Below the pieces are notes generated by a model that had not been told where the DNA came from, made no database searches, and saw only the letters and a program-made list of their open reading frames with translations. Of a stretch of DNA of 64,000 nucleotides, positions 27,921 to 50,850 are shown piece by piece. Source of the DNA: the human T2T-CHM13v2.0 reference genome, Homo sapiens. Position 1 is the first letter of the stretch. Each line of letters starts with the position of its first letter. The position numbers were made by a program, and so were the translations under genes. Where the stretch lies: NCBI RefSeq assembly GCF_009914755.1, contig NC_060925.1, one strand, 5' to 3'.

Positions 27921-28799
27921 TTTTTTGTTTGTTTGTTTTTGCTTTTATTTATTTATTTATTTTTATTTAAAATAAAATGTATTCATTTTTATTTTTTTAT
28001 TTTATATATTTTTTTAATTATACTTTAAGTTCTAGGGTACATGTGCACAACGTGCAGGTTTGTTACATATGTATACATGTGCCATGTTGGTGTGCTGCAC
28101 CCATTAACTCATCATTTACATTAGGTATATCTCCTAATGCTGTCCCTCCCCACTTTCCCCACCCCACAACAGGCCCTGGTGTGTGATGTTCCCCTTCCTG
28201 TGTCCAAGTGTTCTCATTGTTCAATTCCCACCTATGAGTGAGAACATGCGATGTTTGGTTTTTTGTCCTTGCGATAGTTTGCTGAGAATGATGGTTTCCA
28301 GCTTCATCCATGTCCCTACAAAGGACGTGAACTCATCATTTTTTACGGCTGCATAGTATTCCATGGTGTATATGTGCCACATTTTCTTAATCCAGTCTAT
28401 CATTGTTGGACATTTGGGTTGGTTCCAAGTCTTTGCTATTGTGAATAGTGCCGCAGTGAACATACGTGTGCATGTGTCTTTATAGCAGCATGATTTAATA
28501 ATCCTTTGGGTATATACCCAGTAATGGGATGGCTGGGTCAAATGGTATTTCTAGTTCTGGATCCCTGAGGAATCACCACACTCTTTTCCACAATGGTTGA
28601 ACCAGTTTACAGTCCCACCAACAGTGTAAAAGTGTTCCTATTTCCCCACATCCTCTCCAGCACCTGTTGTTTGCTGACTTTTTAATGATCGCCATTCTAA
28701 CTGGTGTGAGGTGGTATCTCATTGTGGTTTTAATTTGCATTTCTCTGATGGCCAGTGATGATGAGCATTTTTTCATGTGTCTGTTGGCTGCATAAATTA
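27921..28799 (-). mobile_element. 5'-truncated L1PA4-like 3' end
   Basis: ORF2 C-terminus ([11 protein letters not shown]), 3'UTR and A-tail; TSD TCTATTGTTTTC at 27909-27920 and 28800-28811. Confidence 0.9.
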
Positions 28800-30149
28800 T
28801 CTATTGTTTTCAATAATTCTCTGGGGCATATATTGTGCTAAAACTACTTTCATGTAATTTTGGCTCCTTGGAAAGAATAATTCCTGAGATCAGTGTTTGA
28901 TCTTGTTCTGAACTCAAGTGGCCTTCTTCTAGTTGTCTTAGTGCCTGGTTGTTTCCTGCAAACTAGTTAGCCTACAGTTTAACCTATATCTTGAATCTCC
29001 ACTGAATTGCATTTCACCAAACCTCCACTGTTCTTTAAAGCACCCTTAGGTTTGAACATCTTCAGGCTACGTTGCAAATGAAGTTAGTTTATTTGGGACA
29101 AGATTAGGAGCTTTTTAATTTTTTTTTTTTTTTTTTTTTTTTTTTTGCCTTCTTCTATCTCCAGGCAAAATCTCTGAGCTAGGGCTCTAGAGCTGGGGGT
29201 AGAGACAATGGAAAGCTTCTCTCTGAGTGACACTCACACTGTCAGACCTGAGAACTCCTTAGAGGGGAAAGTAGCAGCCTGAGGTCTTCTTGGATTGCCT
29301 CTCATGGAGTAGAACCACTGCCTTACAAGCCCAGACAATCAGGGACCCATGATTCTCAGCATGCTATGCATAGGGTAGAGTATTTATTATATATATAGGG
29401 GCTGGGTGGAAAAAGACAACCCCTACTTGTTACCTGCATTTACCCAGTACCTAGACTCAACACCAGATAGCTGGAGGCAGTATAAAAATCCATGGAAGAA
29501 AGCCATCTGATTGGGAGCTAGAGGGTTAGGGAGCTCTGTGTTCTTGGCTACAGCATTCTGAAATGGAGTTGCTGCCTCACTGAGCTAAGGAGAGGAAGGA
29601 GCAGTCATGGTTCAAATACCATAGATTATTGCCTTTCTTACTGAATCTTCATAGATTTTCTCGAATAGATGTTTTTGGAACTTCTCCATAGCACCATTTT
29701 TAGAGGCTTTAAGTGGTGTATTTAAAAAAATAATTGTTACCAGTTTCGGGGGTGGTGGGTGGTGGAAAGGGCAGCCTTGCTCCTCACACTATCATGCTGG
29801 AAGTCATTCATTGAGAGGATTTTAAAATTCATTCTTCTCACATAGTACTGGCCTGGAAGTAAATGTAAAGGGTGTAAGTTTTTACAGTAGAGAGCTAATA
29901 TTGAACGTAAGATCTGCTTTGTCCAAAGTGCATCTTGCTACCTACTTGGGGGTTAGGAAAGCTTTGTCAGTGAGTAAACTATCATACTAGATAATTCAGG
30001 GCTTTGATTCCCCTTTCCTCAGTTCTCAAGCAGTTGTCAACATCTAAGTTTACAATACCCAGCCAAATAAAACTCTTTCTCATAGCTGATAGTTACATTT
30101 ATCCTTTAAATCAGCCAGTCACTTTTATTTTACTTGATTTTTCCTTCAG

Positions 30150-30243
30150 GGTACTCCAAGCGTATATATTTAACATGATTCAACAATGGCTTTTGAAGAT
30201 AGGCAATGAAATTAACAACGGTAACATTGAACTTCAGCACCAC
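30150..30243 (+). CDS. AXDND1: AXDND1 internal coding exon (94 nt, phase 2 to 0)
   Basis: Acceptor ttttccttcag, donor GTATGT. Reads (S)VLQAYIFNMIQQWLLKIGNEINNGNIELQHH. Confidence 0.88.
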
Positions 30244-30914
30244 GTATGTACTTGTAAGGGTTTTTGACGTTATATTTTGCCTCGGCTGGCAAATTTCTTC
30301 AAGGAAAAATAATGCTCTCCCTATTTAAATGAAGCAGGAGGTTGAGAGGGCAAAATAGAAGCTTGTATAATAATTTCTCAAATAATTTTCAATGGATTTT
30401 TTAAAGCAGAATGTTTCTGCCTCTGGAATGAAGTTTTGCAATTGAAGAGTCAATGAGCAAATATGTTAAAGCTGGTAGTACGGATTCAGGCAATCCCTAG
30501 GCTTGGGAGAAATTCCTCTGACAACCAAAATGAATAAGAAAAAGGGTAACAGAGTGCTTGTCACATGGTGGGACTCAGTAAATGTTTGTTGAATGAATTT
30601 AGGAAGAATATTCCAGCACTGTTGGTATCTAATGGTGCTGCTACATTAATCCCTTCTTTGGCAAAAATGCTTGATTTACCATTAGGGATTTATCTCCATG
30701 AAATCATATGCTCAATTTGTTATTTTCTAGAATTTAATTTTTATAGTGTGGGATTACTTAGAAAGTGCCTTTATATACCTCAATTTTAACACTGCATTAT
30801 TAAAATTAATCTGTGTAGAAAATTTGCAAGATTGTAAACTCCATGAGGAATTATGTGTATCCTGTGTATCCATATTAACTCTTATTAATATTTAGAAACA
30901 GAAAAGTTGGATAT

Positions 30915-34210
<3,296 letters not shown>

Positions 34211-34735
34211 ATTTATTTTCCCTCCTGATCCATGTTCTTATCTCCAGTTTTTTTGTCATTGTTTTTCCTTTGCCTCCTTACTTCATTTTACCTGTGCTGC
34301 TTGGCTGTCTAAAACACTGGCCACTAAACGTTTTTTATTATGTACCTCCATTAGCAAAAAGTCTTTGAGCAAGCCTTTCTAACTTACTATTTCTGATTTG
34401 CATGCAAAAATTACTCAGTTGACATGTTTGGTACATTATAAAACATATACAGAAAGCCAAATGTATGAAATTAACAATATTTAAAAATGATTTTTGGTAA
34501 TGGTTCAAAAAACTGATTGAAAAGCTTCATGATTTTTTATAATTGCAGGTTTAAATTGCAGATTAAACTTGTGATTATAAAGCTATTTGAAGGTCTGCTT
34601 CTAAATTCAGTTTCCTTCAATACTAATTTTTAATGGCAGTCACTGCTGAAATGATAGCTCAGAAAGAAACATGAATCCAAATTGAAGAAATACATCATTG
34701 GAATGATAATATTCACTTTTCATTTCCATCAATCA

Positions 34736-35040
34736 GGCCAGGCGTGATGGCTCATGCCTGTAACTCGACACTTTGTAAGGCCAAGGTGGGAGGATTGCTT
34801 TAAGCCCAGGAATTTAAGACCAACCTGGTCAACACAGTGAGAACTCATCTCTACAAAAAATAAAACAATTAGCCGGGCATGGTGGCACACACCTATAGTC
34901 CCAACTACTTGGGAGGCTGAGGTGAGAGGATCTCTTGTGCCTGGGAGGTCAAGGATGCACTAAACTATGATTGTGCCACTGCACTCCAGCCTGTGAAACA
35001 GAGTGAGACCATGTCTCAAAAAAAAAAAAAAAAAAAAAAG
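34736..35040 (+). mobile_element. AluJ-like element
   Basis: Dimeric Alu with J-type features. Confidence 0.9.
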
Positions 35041-35416
35041 AGAGAAATTTCAATTCCGTCAATCAGTTATGCAAAGGTTTTTTTTTAAATTAACTAGTAA
35101 TTTTTTCCATCTATCATAATGTCAATCAGTTGTTCTTACAGTTGTCTAAAACATTAGACAGTGTAGCATTCCTATATTTTAACAAAGTGTTCCCAGCCAA
35201 TTGAAATGCTTTATTTCTAAGATTTTTAAAAAGATTAGAAACATACTTCCAGATTTTATATATATGTAGATTTTAGACTTTTAAAAGGTGAGCTGTGTTT
35301 CATTTTTAGCAACAAACTCACACCAAGATGGAAATATTTCCTCCTATTCATTTTCAAAACAACCTCTCCATAGTATAAGTTTCTTTTGCTCATTGTTAAA
35401 TTTCACATATATTTGA

Positions 35417-36035
<619 letters not shown>

Positions 36036-36733
36036 CACATTTATTTCTTAATATCAGCTAAGAAGTGGCTAATTACTCACTTGTTATCCCTGAAAAGATT
36101 AGTAAATTTGGAAGAAGTCTTTTCACAAAAGAAAAGCAGTCAATTCATCTTAAAATGTCTTTTAAGAATTTTATATAAGAATCACAGTAAATCTATATTT
36201 TAGCACAAAAATTATATTCACTTTCCATCTCATTAAAAAGAATTACATATCTTTAGGAAAGTAAAAGATATTCTTTGTTTTTAATTTATTTTAATTTTAA
36301 ATTCACCTATGATTTATTATTTGACCTTGATTCTACCATTTGATCTCTCTAATATAACTTTTAAATTAAGATAATAACATCTATTTGTGCTTATTTCCTA
36401 AGGATAGTCCAAGGATTGATTAATATTTTATGTAAGCAAAAATGAGTTGTTTCAATGATAGTATAATCTAGGCCATTGGTATATGAAAGAATAGTTAGGA
36501 ATTTATGTATTTTCACAAAGAAGCAGCAGGGACATAACTAGTAGAATATGTAAGGAAGTAGTATCTTTTTCTTGTGAAAAAGACTTGCCTTTTTAACTCT
36601 TTCTCAGGAAAGGTTGCCCCTTTTCCTGATACATAAATTCAGGTGTCAAATACATTAATCAACGTTGCTTTAGGTCATTAACAACCTTCCTGTCTGAATC
36701 AAGAAGCAGGAAGTTTGGGTTTTTATTGGATAG

Positions 36734-37045
<312 letters not shown>

Positions 37046-37428
37046 TAGGCTACTACATTTTATTTTTATTCATTCATTCAAGAAACATTTACTAAGAACT
37101 TACTCCCTGATAAGTACTGTGTGGTATGCAGGGATAAGTTGATGGCTCATGTCTTACAGACAGGTTAATTGAGGAGATAGATGTGCAAATGACTATAACA
37201 GAGATATATACAAAGTACTGTAAAAACATGGGAAAGGGAGCAAATTAGAGCCAGTGGAAACTGGTAAGTCTTCTCAGAGTAGATCATGTTTAAGCCTAGA
37301 GAAATACTCCAGAACTAACCAAACAGCGAAAGGGAGTAGGGTATTTGAAAAGTATGGTGTGTCTGAATTTTGCATACAGGTTTTCTGCATTTTATTTCTG
37401 GGACCTAGCCTCAGCAAATACTGTCATG

Positions 37429-37999
37429 CAGAGGTTCTCAAACTTTCTCTATTCACAGTGCCCTTTGGGTTTCAATATTTTCACACTCCTAAGCCAAAAG
37501 AAATACCTCACAGTTAAGTTTATTAAGTAGGTAGGTTCAAACCGCTTACTAAATATTTAATGTCCTAACAATTTATTAACCATTTGGAAAAGTACTACAC
37601 ATACATTGAAAGAAAAAACCTTTTATTTTATTCTCATTTAATCAATACCACTTACCAATGTAAGGCATGTACTTTTGGCATGGTACAGCTTCTCTGACCT
37701 TGGAATCAGATTGGACGTTACCACCTTCATTTCCTGTTCCATGTTAATTTTCACACAGTACTTGTTTTTTTTTTTTTTTATCACACAACCACCAATCAAA
37801 CCAGTTTCAAAAAGATATGATGTCATCAAAATTAATATAGGGCATCTAAAGTTGAAAACTGTGAATTGTGTTAAGTTCATGCTGTGTCTGGTAGATGTTA
37901 CATATTACTGTTATTTCCCTCAATTTAAAATCCTATGGCATCCTTGTGAGTTTGCTGTGGAGCCCTGGAATGCCTTGATGTGCAATTTGAGAATTGTAG
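37429..37999. mobile_element. hAT-Charlie-type non-autonomous DNA transposon
   Basis: Degenerate terminal inverted repeats cagaggttctcaaact ... aatttgagaattgtag. Confidence 0.55.
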
Positions 38000-38045
38000 G
38001 TTCTCACAGGTTATTATCTATGGCCAGGCTAAAGAAGAGATCAGT

Positions 38046-38345
38046 GGCTGGGCGTGTGGTTCACGCCTGTAATCCTAGCACTTTGGGAGGCTGAGGTGGG
38101 CAGATTGCTTCATCCCAGCAGTTCAAGTTCGGCCTGGGCAACATGGTGAAAGCCCATTTCTACAAAAAACACAAAACTTAGCCAGGCATGGTGGTCCCAG
38201 CTACTCAGGAGGTTAAGATGGATGGATCACCTGAGCCTGGGGAGGTCAAGGTTGCAGTGAGCTATGATTATGCCTCTGCACTCCAGCCTGGGCAACAGAG
38301 TGACACCCCGTTTCAAAAAAATTAAATAAATAGATATCAATAAAA
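38046..38345 (+). mobile_element. AluJ-like element
   Basis: Sense dimeric Alu. Confidence 0.9.
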
Positions 38346-38540
38346 AGAAGAGAGTAGCTTAGTGTCATGTAGTGAGCAAAAGAAAATAGGGTCATGCTAG
38401 CTGATGACTTGATTTCATTAAGAATTATAATGTTGAAAGTTGGACACAGGCACGATCATTTCTATTTTAAAATTTGGTGTGATTTTTACTGTTTGATTTA
38501 TTTAAAGTGGGTCATTTGTATTATACTCATTTTTTAACAG

Positions 38541-38740
38541 ATGGATGAGTTACATATATCTATGATCCAGTGGATGGTAAACTTGCTGATTTTAATGATA
38601 CCCAACTTTACTGACCAAGACTGTCTCCTAAAGTTGGAGGAGGAAAGTGCTGAGAAACATGATATAGGAGTTGCGCGATTGGAGCTAGATGCGATTGAAC
38701 TGACAAGGAAGTTGTACCAATACTCCAGCTATTTGAGCAG
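38541..38740 (+). CDS. AXDND1: AXDND1 internal coding exon (200 nt, phase 0 to 2)
   Basis: Acceptor tttttaacag, donor GTGAAG. Reads [66 protein letters not shown](S). Confidence 0.9.
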
Positions 38741-39053
38741 GTGAAGCGGTTATTTTATTGTTGCCCTTTTGAAGAATTGAATGTCGCATATAACAGAGAA
38801 GAGACAGTGAAGTAGTAGCAATAGGAGTTATTTTAAAACCTTGAAAGAAATACTAGTTCAGTTTTTCAACTAGCTTTAACACTGTGAGCAGTTATAATAT
38901 GAGATTTTGGTTTTTCTTTTGAAAACTGTTGGCACGGGCAGGATGAGAAGTGTGTGTATGTGGGAGTAAGAATTAGGAAAAAAGGACTCACTTTCTTGCA
39001 TAAATAAGACACATCTTACACTTTTACACATACTGGTGAGGGAGTGGATTTAA

Positions 39054-39378
<325 letters not shown>

Positions 39379-39857
39379 TGAATGTATACTTTTATGTGCT
39401 TCACTAAATGCCAACCAAAACTTCTTTTTACAAAATGGAAGAAAAAAAAAAACAACAACCCACAAACCCTTATATCTGAAAAGCTAGAAGATTTCCACTG
39501 AATAAAGATGAAGTCTGGAAAATTGTAATCTATTAACTAAGATGCAAGCTTGATGCTATCATTACTTTAAATTCAGGAAGTAGCTTTTGCATTCTAAGCA
39601 AATTTTCCCTTCATTTCAATTCAGTATTACTAAGGGTCAAGAATAAGAGGGATGGAAGGGAGAAGGAGGACAAGGGTAAGAAATTGAGGAGACAAATTAT
39701 TCTCCTTGGTGAGTCAGTAGCTGAATTATTATGGTGAACTTCCACTTTGTCTGGATTTTTAAAATTTTAAACACTTAGAAGAAGAACCAGCAATAAATAG
39801 GTTATGCTGAGTGTGTATTTGCTCTTTTTCTTTTTCTTTTTTTCCCCCTTTTTGCAG

Positions 39858-39954
39858 TTGTTGCAAAGGGATGGTAACAGCAATGGCTCTGAGTAAATCC
39901 ACTAACTCACACAAAAATGCTACTGAAGACCTTTATGAGGTGGATAAGTTGAAG
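39858..39954 (+). CDS. AXDND1: AXDND1 internal coding exon (97 nt, phase 2 to 0)
   Basis: Long polypyrimidine tract with tgcag acceptor, donor GTAATA. Reads (S)CCKGMVTAMALSKSTNSHKNATEDLYEVDKLK. Confidence 0.88.
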
Positions 39955-39999
39955 GTAATAACTCTGTCTTCCCCTTAGTTTTGTTTTTGTTTTGTTTGT

Positions 40000-44415
<4,416 letters not shown>

Positions 44416-44419
44416 ACTG

Positions 44420-46640
44420 CATCTCAATAGACCCAGAAAAAGCTTTCAATAAAATCCAATATCCTTTCATGATAAAAACCCTCAACAGACTAGACATTGA
44501 AGGAATATACCTCAAAATAATAAGAGCCATCTATGACAAACCGATAGCCAACATCGTACTGAATTCAGGGCAAAAGCTTGAACCATTCCCCTTGAGAACT
44601 GGAACAAGACAAGGATGCCCAGTCTTACTATTCCTATTCAACATAGCTCTGGAAGTGCTAGCCAGAGCAGTTAGGCAAGAGAAAGAAATAAAAGGCCTCC
44701 AAACAGGAAAAGAAGAAGTCAAGCTATCTGTCTTTGCTGATGATAGGATTCTATACCTAGAAAATCTTAAAGACTCTGCCAAAAGGCTCCTAGAATTGAT
44801 AAACAACTTTAGTAAAGTTTAGGATACTAAGTCAATATACAAAAAGCAATAGCATTTCTATACACCAATAATGTCCAGGCTGAGAGTGAAGTCGAGAATA
44901 CAATTCCACTTACAATAGCCACAAGAAAATCAAATACCTAGGAATACATCTAGCCAAGGAGGTGAAAGGCGTCTACAAGGAGAACTACAAAACACTGCTG
45001 AAAGAAATCAGAGATGACACAAATTAATGGAAAAACATTTCATGCTCATGGATAAGAAGAATCAATATCATAAAAATGGCCATACTGCCCAAAGCAGTTT
45101 ATAAATTCGGTTCTATTCCTATCAAACTATCAATGTCATTCTTCACAGAATTTGAAAAAAATATTAAAAGTTCATATGGAACTGAAAGAGAGCCCAAATA
45201 GCCAAAGCAGTCCTGAGCAAAAGGAACAAAGCTGGAGGCATCACACTACCTTACTTCAAACTATATAATAAAGTAAACAAAACAGCATGGTACTGGTACA
45301 AAAACAGACATGTAGACTAATGGAACATAATAGAAAACTTAGAAATATGGCTTCACACCTACCAACCATCTGATCTTCAACAATGCTGACAAAAACTAGC
45401 AAGGGGGAAAAGACTCCCTATTCATTAAATGGTGCTGGGATAAATGGATTAAAGATTTAAATGTAAGACATCAAACTATAAAAATCTGGGAAAACAAGAC
45501 TGGAAAATATTCTTCTTGACATTGACCTTGGCAAATAATTTTTGGCTAAATCTCCAAAAGCAGTAGCAACAAAAACAAAAATAGACAAGTGGGTCCTAAT
45601 TAAAGAACATCTGCACAGAAAGGAAACTGTCATTGGAAAAACAGAAAACCTCCAGAATAGGGGAAGATATTTGCAAACTATGTGTCTGACAAAGGCCTAA
45701 TATCTAGAATCTATAGGGAACTCAAACAAATCAACAAGCAAAAACCAAATAACCCACTTAAAAATGGGCAAAGGATATGAACAGATATTTCGCAAAAGAA
45801 GATACACAGTGGCCAACAAACATATGAAAAAATTCTCAGCATCACTAATCATCAAGTAAATACAAATCAAAACCACAATGAGATACCATCTTACACCAGT
45901 CAGAATAGCTTATAAAAAGTCAAAAAAAAACAACAGATGCTAGTGAGGCTGCAGAGAAAAAGGAAAACTGTTATTCACTGTTGTTGGGAATGTAAATTAG
46001 TCTAGCCATCGTGGAAAGCAGTCTGGAGATTTCTCAAAGAACTTAAAACAGAGCTACAGTTCAACACAGCAATCCCATTACTGTGTACATACCAAAAGAA
46101 AATAAATCATTCTACCAAAAAGACATATGCATTCACATGTTCACTGCTGTGCTATTCACAAGAGCAAACAATAATAGACCAAAACTGGAAACAACCTAAA
46201 TGTCCATCAATTGCGACTAGATAAACAAAATGCAGTATATTTATATAATAGAACATTATTTGGCAGTAAAGAAGTACTGATACATGCAACAACATGGAAG
46301 AACCTTGAAAACATGCTGAGTGAAAGAAGTCAGTAATATATTGTGATGTTTCAAAAGACCACATATTATTTTATTCACATAAAATATTTCAAAAGACCTC
46401 ATATTGTATTATTTTATTCACGTAAAATGCCCAGAATAGGCAAATCTATAGAGACAGAAAGATTAGTGGCTGCCTGGAGCTTGTAAAGGAGGGTGAGGAA
46501 TGGGAAATGAACAACTGCTAACAGGTACAGGCTTTCTTGGGGCCTGATGAAAATATTCTAGGAATAGATTGCAGCGATGGTTGCACAACTTTGTGAATAA
46601 CTAAAAACCATTGAATTATACACTTTAAATGGGTGTATCA
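44420..46640 (+). mobile_element. L1 ORF2 segment (L1PA15/L1PB-like) joined to an L1MB-like 3' end
   Basis: RT region [12 protein letters not shown]...GTRQGCP...[11 protein letters not shown]; sequence character switches to an older 3'UTR near 46170. Confidence 0.75.
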
Positions 46641-47345
46641 TATGTTTTTGAATACCTGACTAAAAGGAGATGATCAAGAGAGCCCAAAATTGGTCTGCTA
46701 AAAGACTAAAATTGGGAAGCTTTTGGCAAGATTAATTAAGACAAAAAGATGCAAAAAATTATTTCAGGAATGAGTAACTCAGATGATTCAGACATTAGAA
46801 AGATAGTAGGAAGAGATTATGAAGGACATTATCACAAACATTTGAAAATTTAGATGAAATGGACAAATAAATATAACCCAGAAGACTTGCGAATAAATTA
46901 AAAACCCAAGTAGTCCTATAACCATTAAAGGAATTCGTCAAAAATCTTCCCCCAAAAGATGCTCTAAGTATAGACAGCTTCAACAGAAAGCCCTATCAAA
47001 CATTTAATAAATAAATAATTCTGTTCTTATACAGACTCTTTCAGGGTCTAAAGAAGAGGGAATACTTTTTATACAAAAACGCAAAAGGGATTGTTCAAGA
47101 AAGGGAAATTATAGACCAGTCTCACATGGAATACAAAAGTCCTGAACAAAATACAGGCAAATCAAATCCAGCAGTAAATGAGAGGGGTAACACACATTAT
47201 GAACATGTTAATTTTGTTCTAGGAATGCAAGTTCGTAATATAACATCTGTAATGTATCTATAGGTACACTGGATACAACCCAATTGATAAAAAATTAATG
47301 GCTATATATGTATATATATATATAGCCATTAATTGCAGGGTACAT

Positions 47346-47347
<2 letters not shown>

Positions 47348-47388
<41 letters not shown>
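47348..47388. repeat. (TG)n microsatellite
   Basis: About 20 TG units. Confidence 0.95.
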
Positions 47389-47390
<2 letters not shown>

Positions 47391-47621
47391 TGCCTGCCAG
47401 CATTAAGTAGTTATGAAACATGAAAAAGGTAATATTTATAATAATTTCAAAATTATAAAGTACTTAGGAATAAATCTAATAAAAGTTGATCAGTTTCTTT
47501 CTGGAGTATATTTCAAACTTTATTTGAGAAACATTAAAAGACCTAAGTGGAAGATACACCATGTTCATGAACTGAAAGATTCTATATTGTAAAGATGTCA
47601 ATTCTCCTCAGAATGCTATGT

Positions 47622-48125
<504 letters not shown>

Positions 48126-48554
48126 AATCTAGGTGTCACAATCAAGTTTCCAACAGTTTTTTTTTCAACTTGACAAACTGTCTCTAAAAGCTGTTTTGGA
48201 TATTCAAAGAACCAAGAATAGCTAACACACTTTTGAAAATAAGGTGAGAGGACTCATCCTCCCATATTTTAAACTTCTTGTAAAGCTAAACTGAAACAGC
48301 ATGGTGTTAGTTCAAAGATGGACAACTATGTCAATGGAATCAAAAAACAGAACCAAAAATTTATGGCCTTTTATATAAGCATGGCATACAGAATTAATGA
48401 GGAAATGATGAACTTTCCAATTAAAAATACTAGGGGGCTGGGTGCAGTGGCTCACGCCTGTAATCCCAGCACTTTGGGAGGCTGAGGCGGGTGGATCATG
48501 AGGTCAGGAGATCGAGACCATCCTGACTAATACAGTGAAACCCCATCTCTACTA

Positions 48555-48668
<114 letters not shown>

Positions 48669-49409
48669 TCACGCCACTGCATTCCAGCCTGGGCGACAGA
48701 GTGAGACTGTGTCTTAAAACAAAACAAAACAAAACAACAACAAAAAAACTCAAAAACTAGGAATATTGGCTATCTATATAGGAGAGATGAAATGAGACTT
48801 TTACTTCACACAAAAATCAATTCCAAATGGACTAGAAACCTACATGTGAAAGTCAAAATTATAAAGCTTTTAGAAGACAATATCTAAGATCTTGGGGGTA
48901 GGAAAATTTTTTTTAAGTAAGAGATAAGAAGCACTAACTCAAAGGGAAAAGGTTCATAATTTTGATTACCTTAAATTTAAGAATTATTTTTGTCAAGAAA
49001 ATACCATTAAAACAAAAACAATCCACAAAATGGGAGACTGTATTTGCAACACTTATAACTGACAAAGGACCAGTATCCAGAATAGAAAATGACCTTCTAG
49101 GAATCAATATTATAAAAATACACAACCCAATAGAAAAATGGGCAAAAAGCCTGAATGTATACCTCACCAAAGAGAAAATCCCAATGGTTGACATACTTAT
49201 GAAAAGCTGCTCAATTTCATAAGTGATCAGGGAAATACAAACTAATATCACTACTTACATAACAAGCTGGCAAAAATTACAAAGTCTAGGCCGAGTGTGG
49301 TGGCTTACGCCTGTAATCTCAGCACTTTGGGAGGCCGAGGTGGGCGGATCACCTGAGGTCAGGAGTTCAAGATCAGCCTGGCCAGCGTGGTGAACCTCTG
49401 TCTCTGCTA

Positions 49410-49703
<294 letters not shown>

Positions 49704-49993
49704 TTATCTGTTAAAGTTGCAACACACTTTGCAACAAACAATTCTATTCATCTGTCAGTATACTAGATAAGCTCTTACACAAGTGCTCTAGACTAAGAGA
49801 CATACATAAGAACATTCTGGCCAGGCATGGTGGCTCACACCTGTAATCCCAGCACTTTGGGAGGCTGAGACGGGTGGATCACCTGAGGTTGGGAGATCAA
49901 GACCAGCCTGACCAACATGGAGAGACCCCGTCTCTACTGAAAATACAAAATTAGCCAGGCGTGGTGGCGCATGCCTGTAATCCCAGCTACTCA

Positions 49994-50128
<135 letters not shown>

Positions 50129-50537
50129 TTATTTCTAGAAGTATCCTCAAACTGGAAACAACTCAAATGTCCATAAATAGTAGAATAAATATTATGAATA
50201 TTATGGTATATGAGGACTGGCATGTAGGGAGCAATTCTCTCTTTAAACTGCATATGTGTATTTTATGTCTCTCTGTATGTATGACAGATCTCACAGTTTT
50301 TGAACAGTTTTATAACTATTATAAAACTGTTTAAAAACTTTTATGTTATAAAATTTATGTACAACATCTTGCTAATACATTTTAAATCTCTAGGAGATGG
50401 AGGCTTTTCTAGGAAAATAGTATCATTAATCCTTGAAGGAGAAAATTGGCCAATTTTCAGTGAAAAATTGGATGCACTAATTTTTAGAAATGCTAAAAAT
50501 TTTGCCTGGATTCCTCAGACAGGTTTTTTCAGACTTT

Positions 50538-50850
50538 TTTTTAATTTTTATTTTTATTTTAATTTTATTATTATTATACTTTAAGTTTTAGGGTACATGG
50601 GCACAATGTGCAGGTTTGTTACATATGTACACATGTGCCATGTTGGTGTGCTGCACCCATTAACTTGTCATTTAGCATTAGGTATATTTCCTAATGCCAT
50701 CCCTCCCCCCTGCCCTCACCCCACAACAGTCCCCGGAGTGTGTGATGTTCCCCTTCCTGTGTCCATGTGTTCTCATTGTTCAGTTCCCACCTATGATTGA
50801 GAACACGCGGTGTTTGCTTTTTTGTCCTTGTGATAGTTTGCTGAGAATTA
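50538..50850 (-). mobile_element. Short L1PA3-like 3' end
   Basis: 3'UTR with tttagcattagg and acagtcccc variants; TSD CAGACTTT at 50530-50537 and 50853-50860. Confidence 0.85.

Noticed and set aside
38541-38744. Stand-alone 67-aa small gene
   Set aside because: Its ATG coincides with a splice acceptor, and the frame continues through the flanking exons; it is an internal exon.
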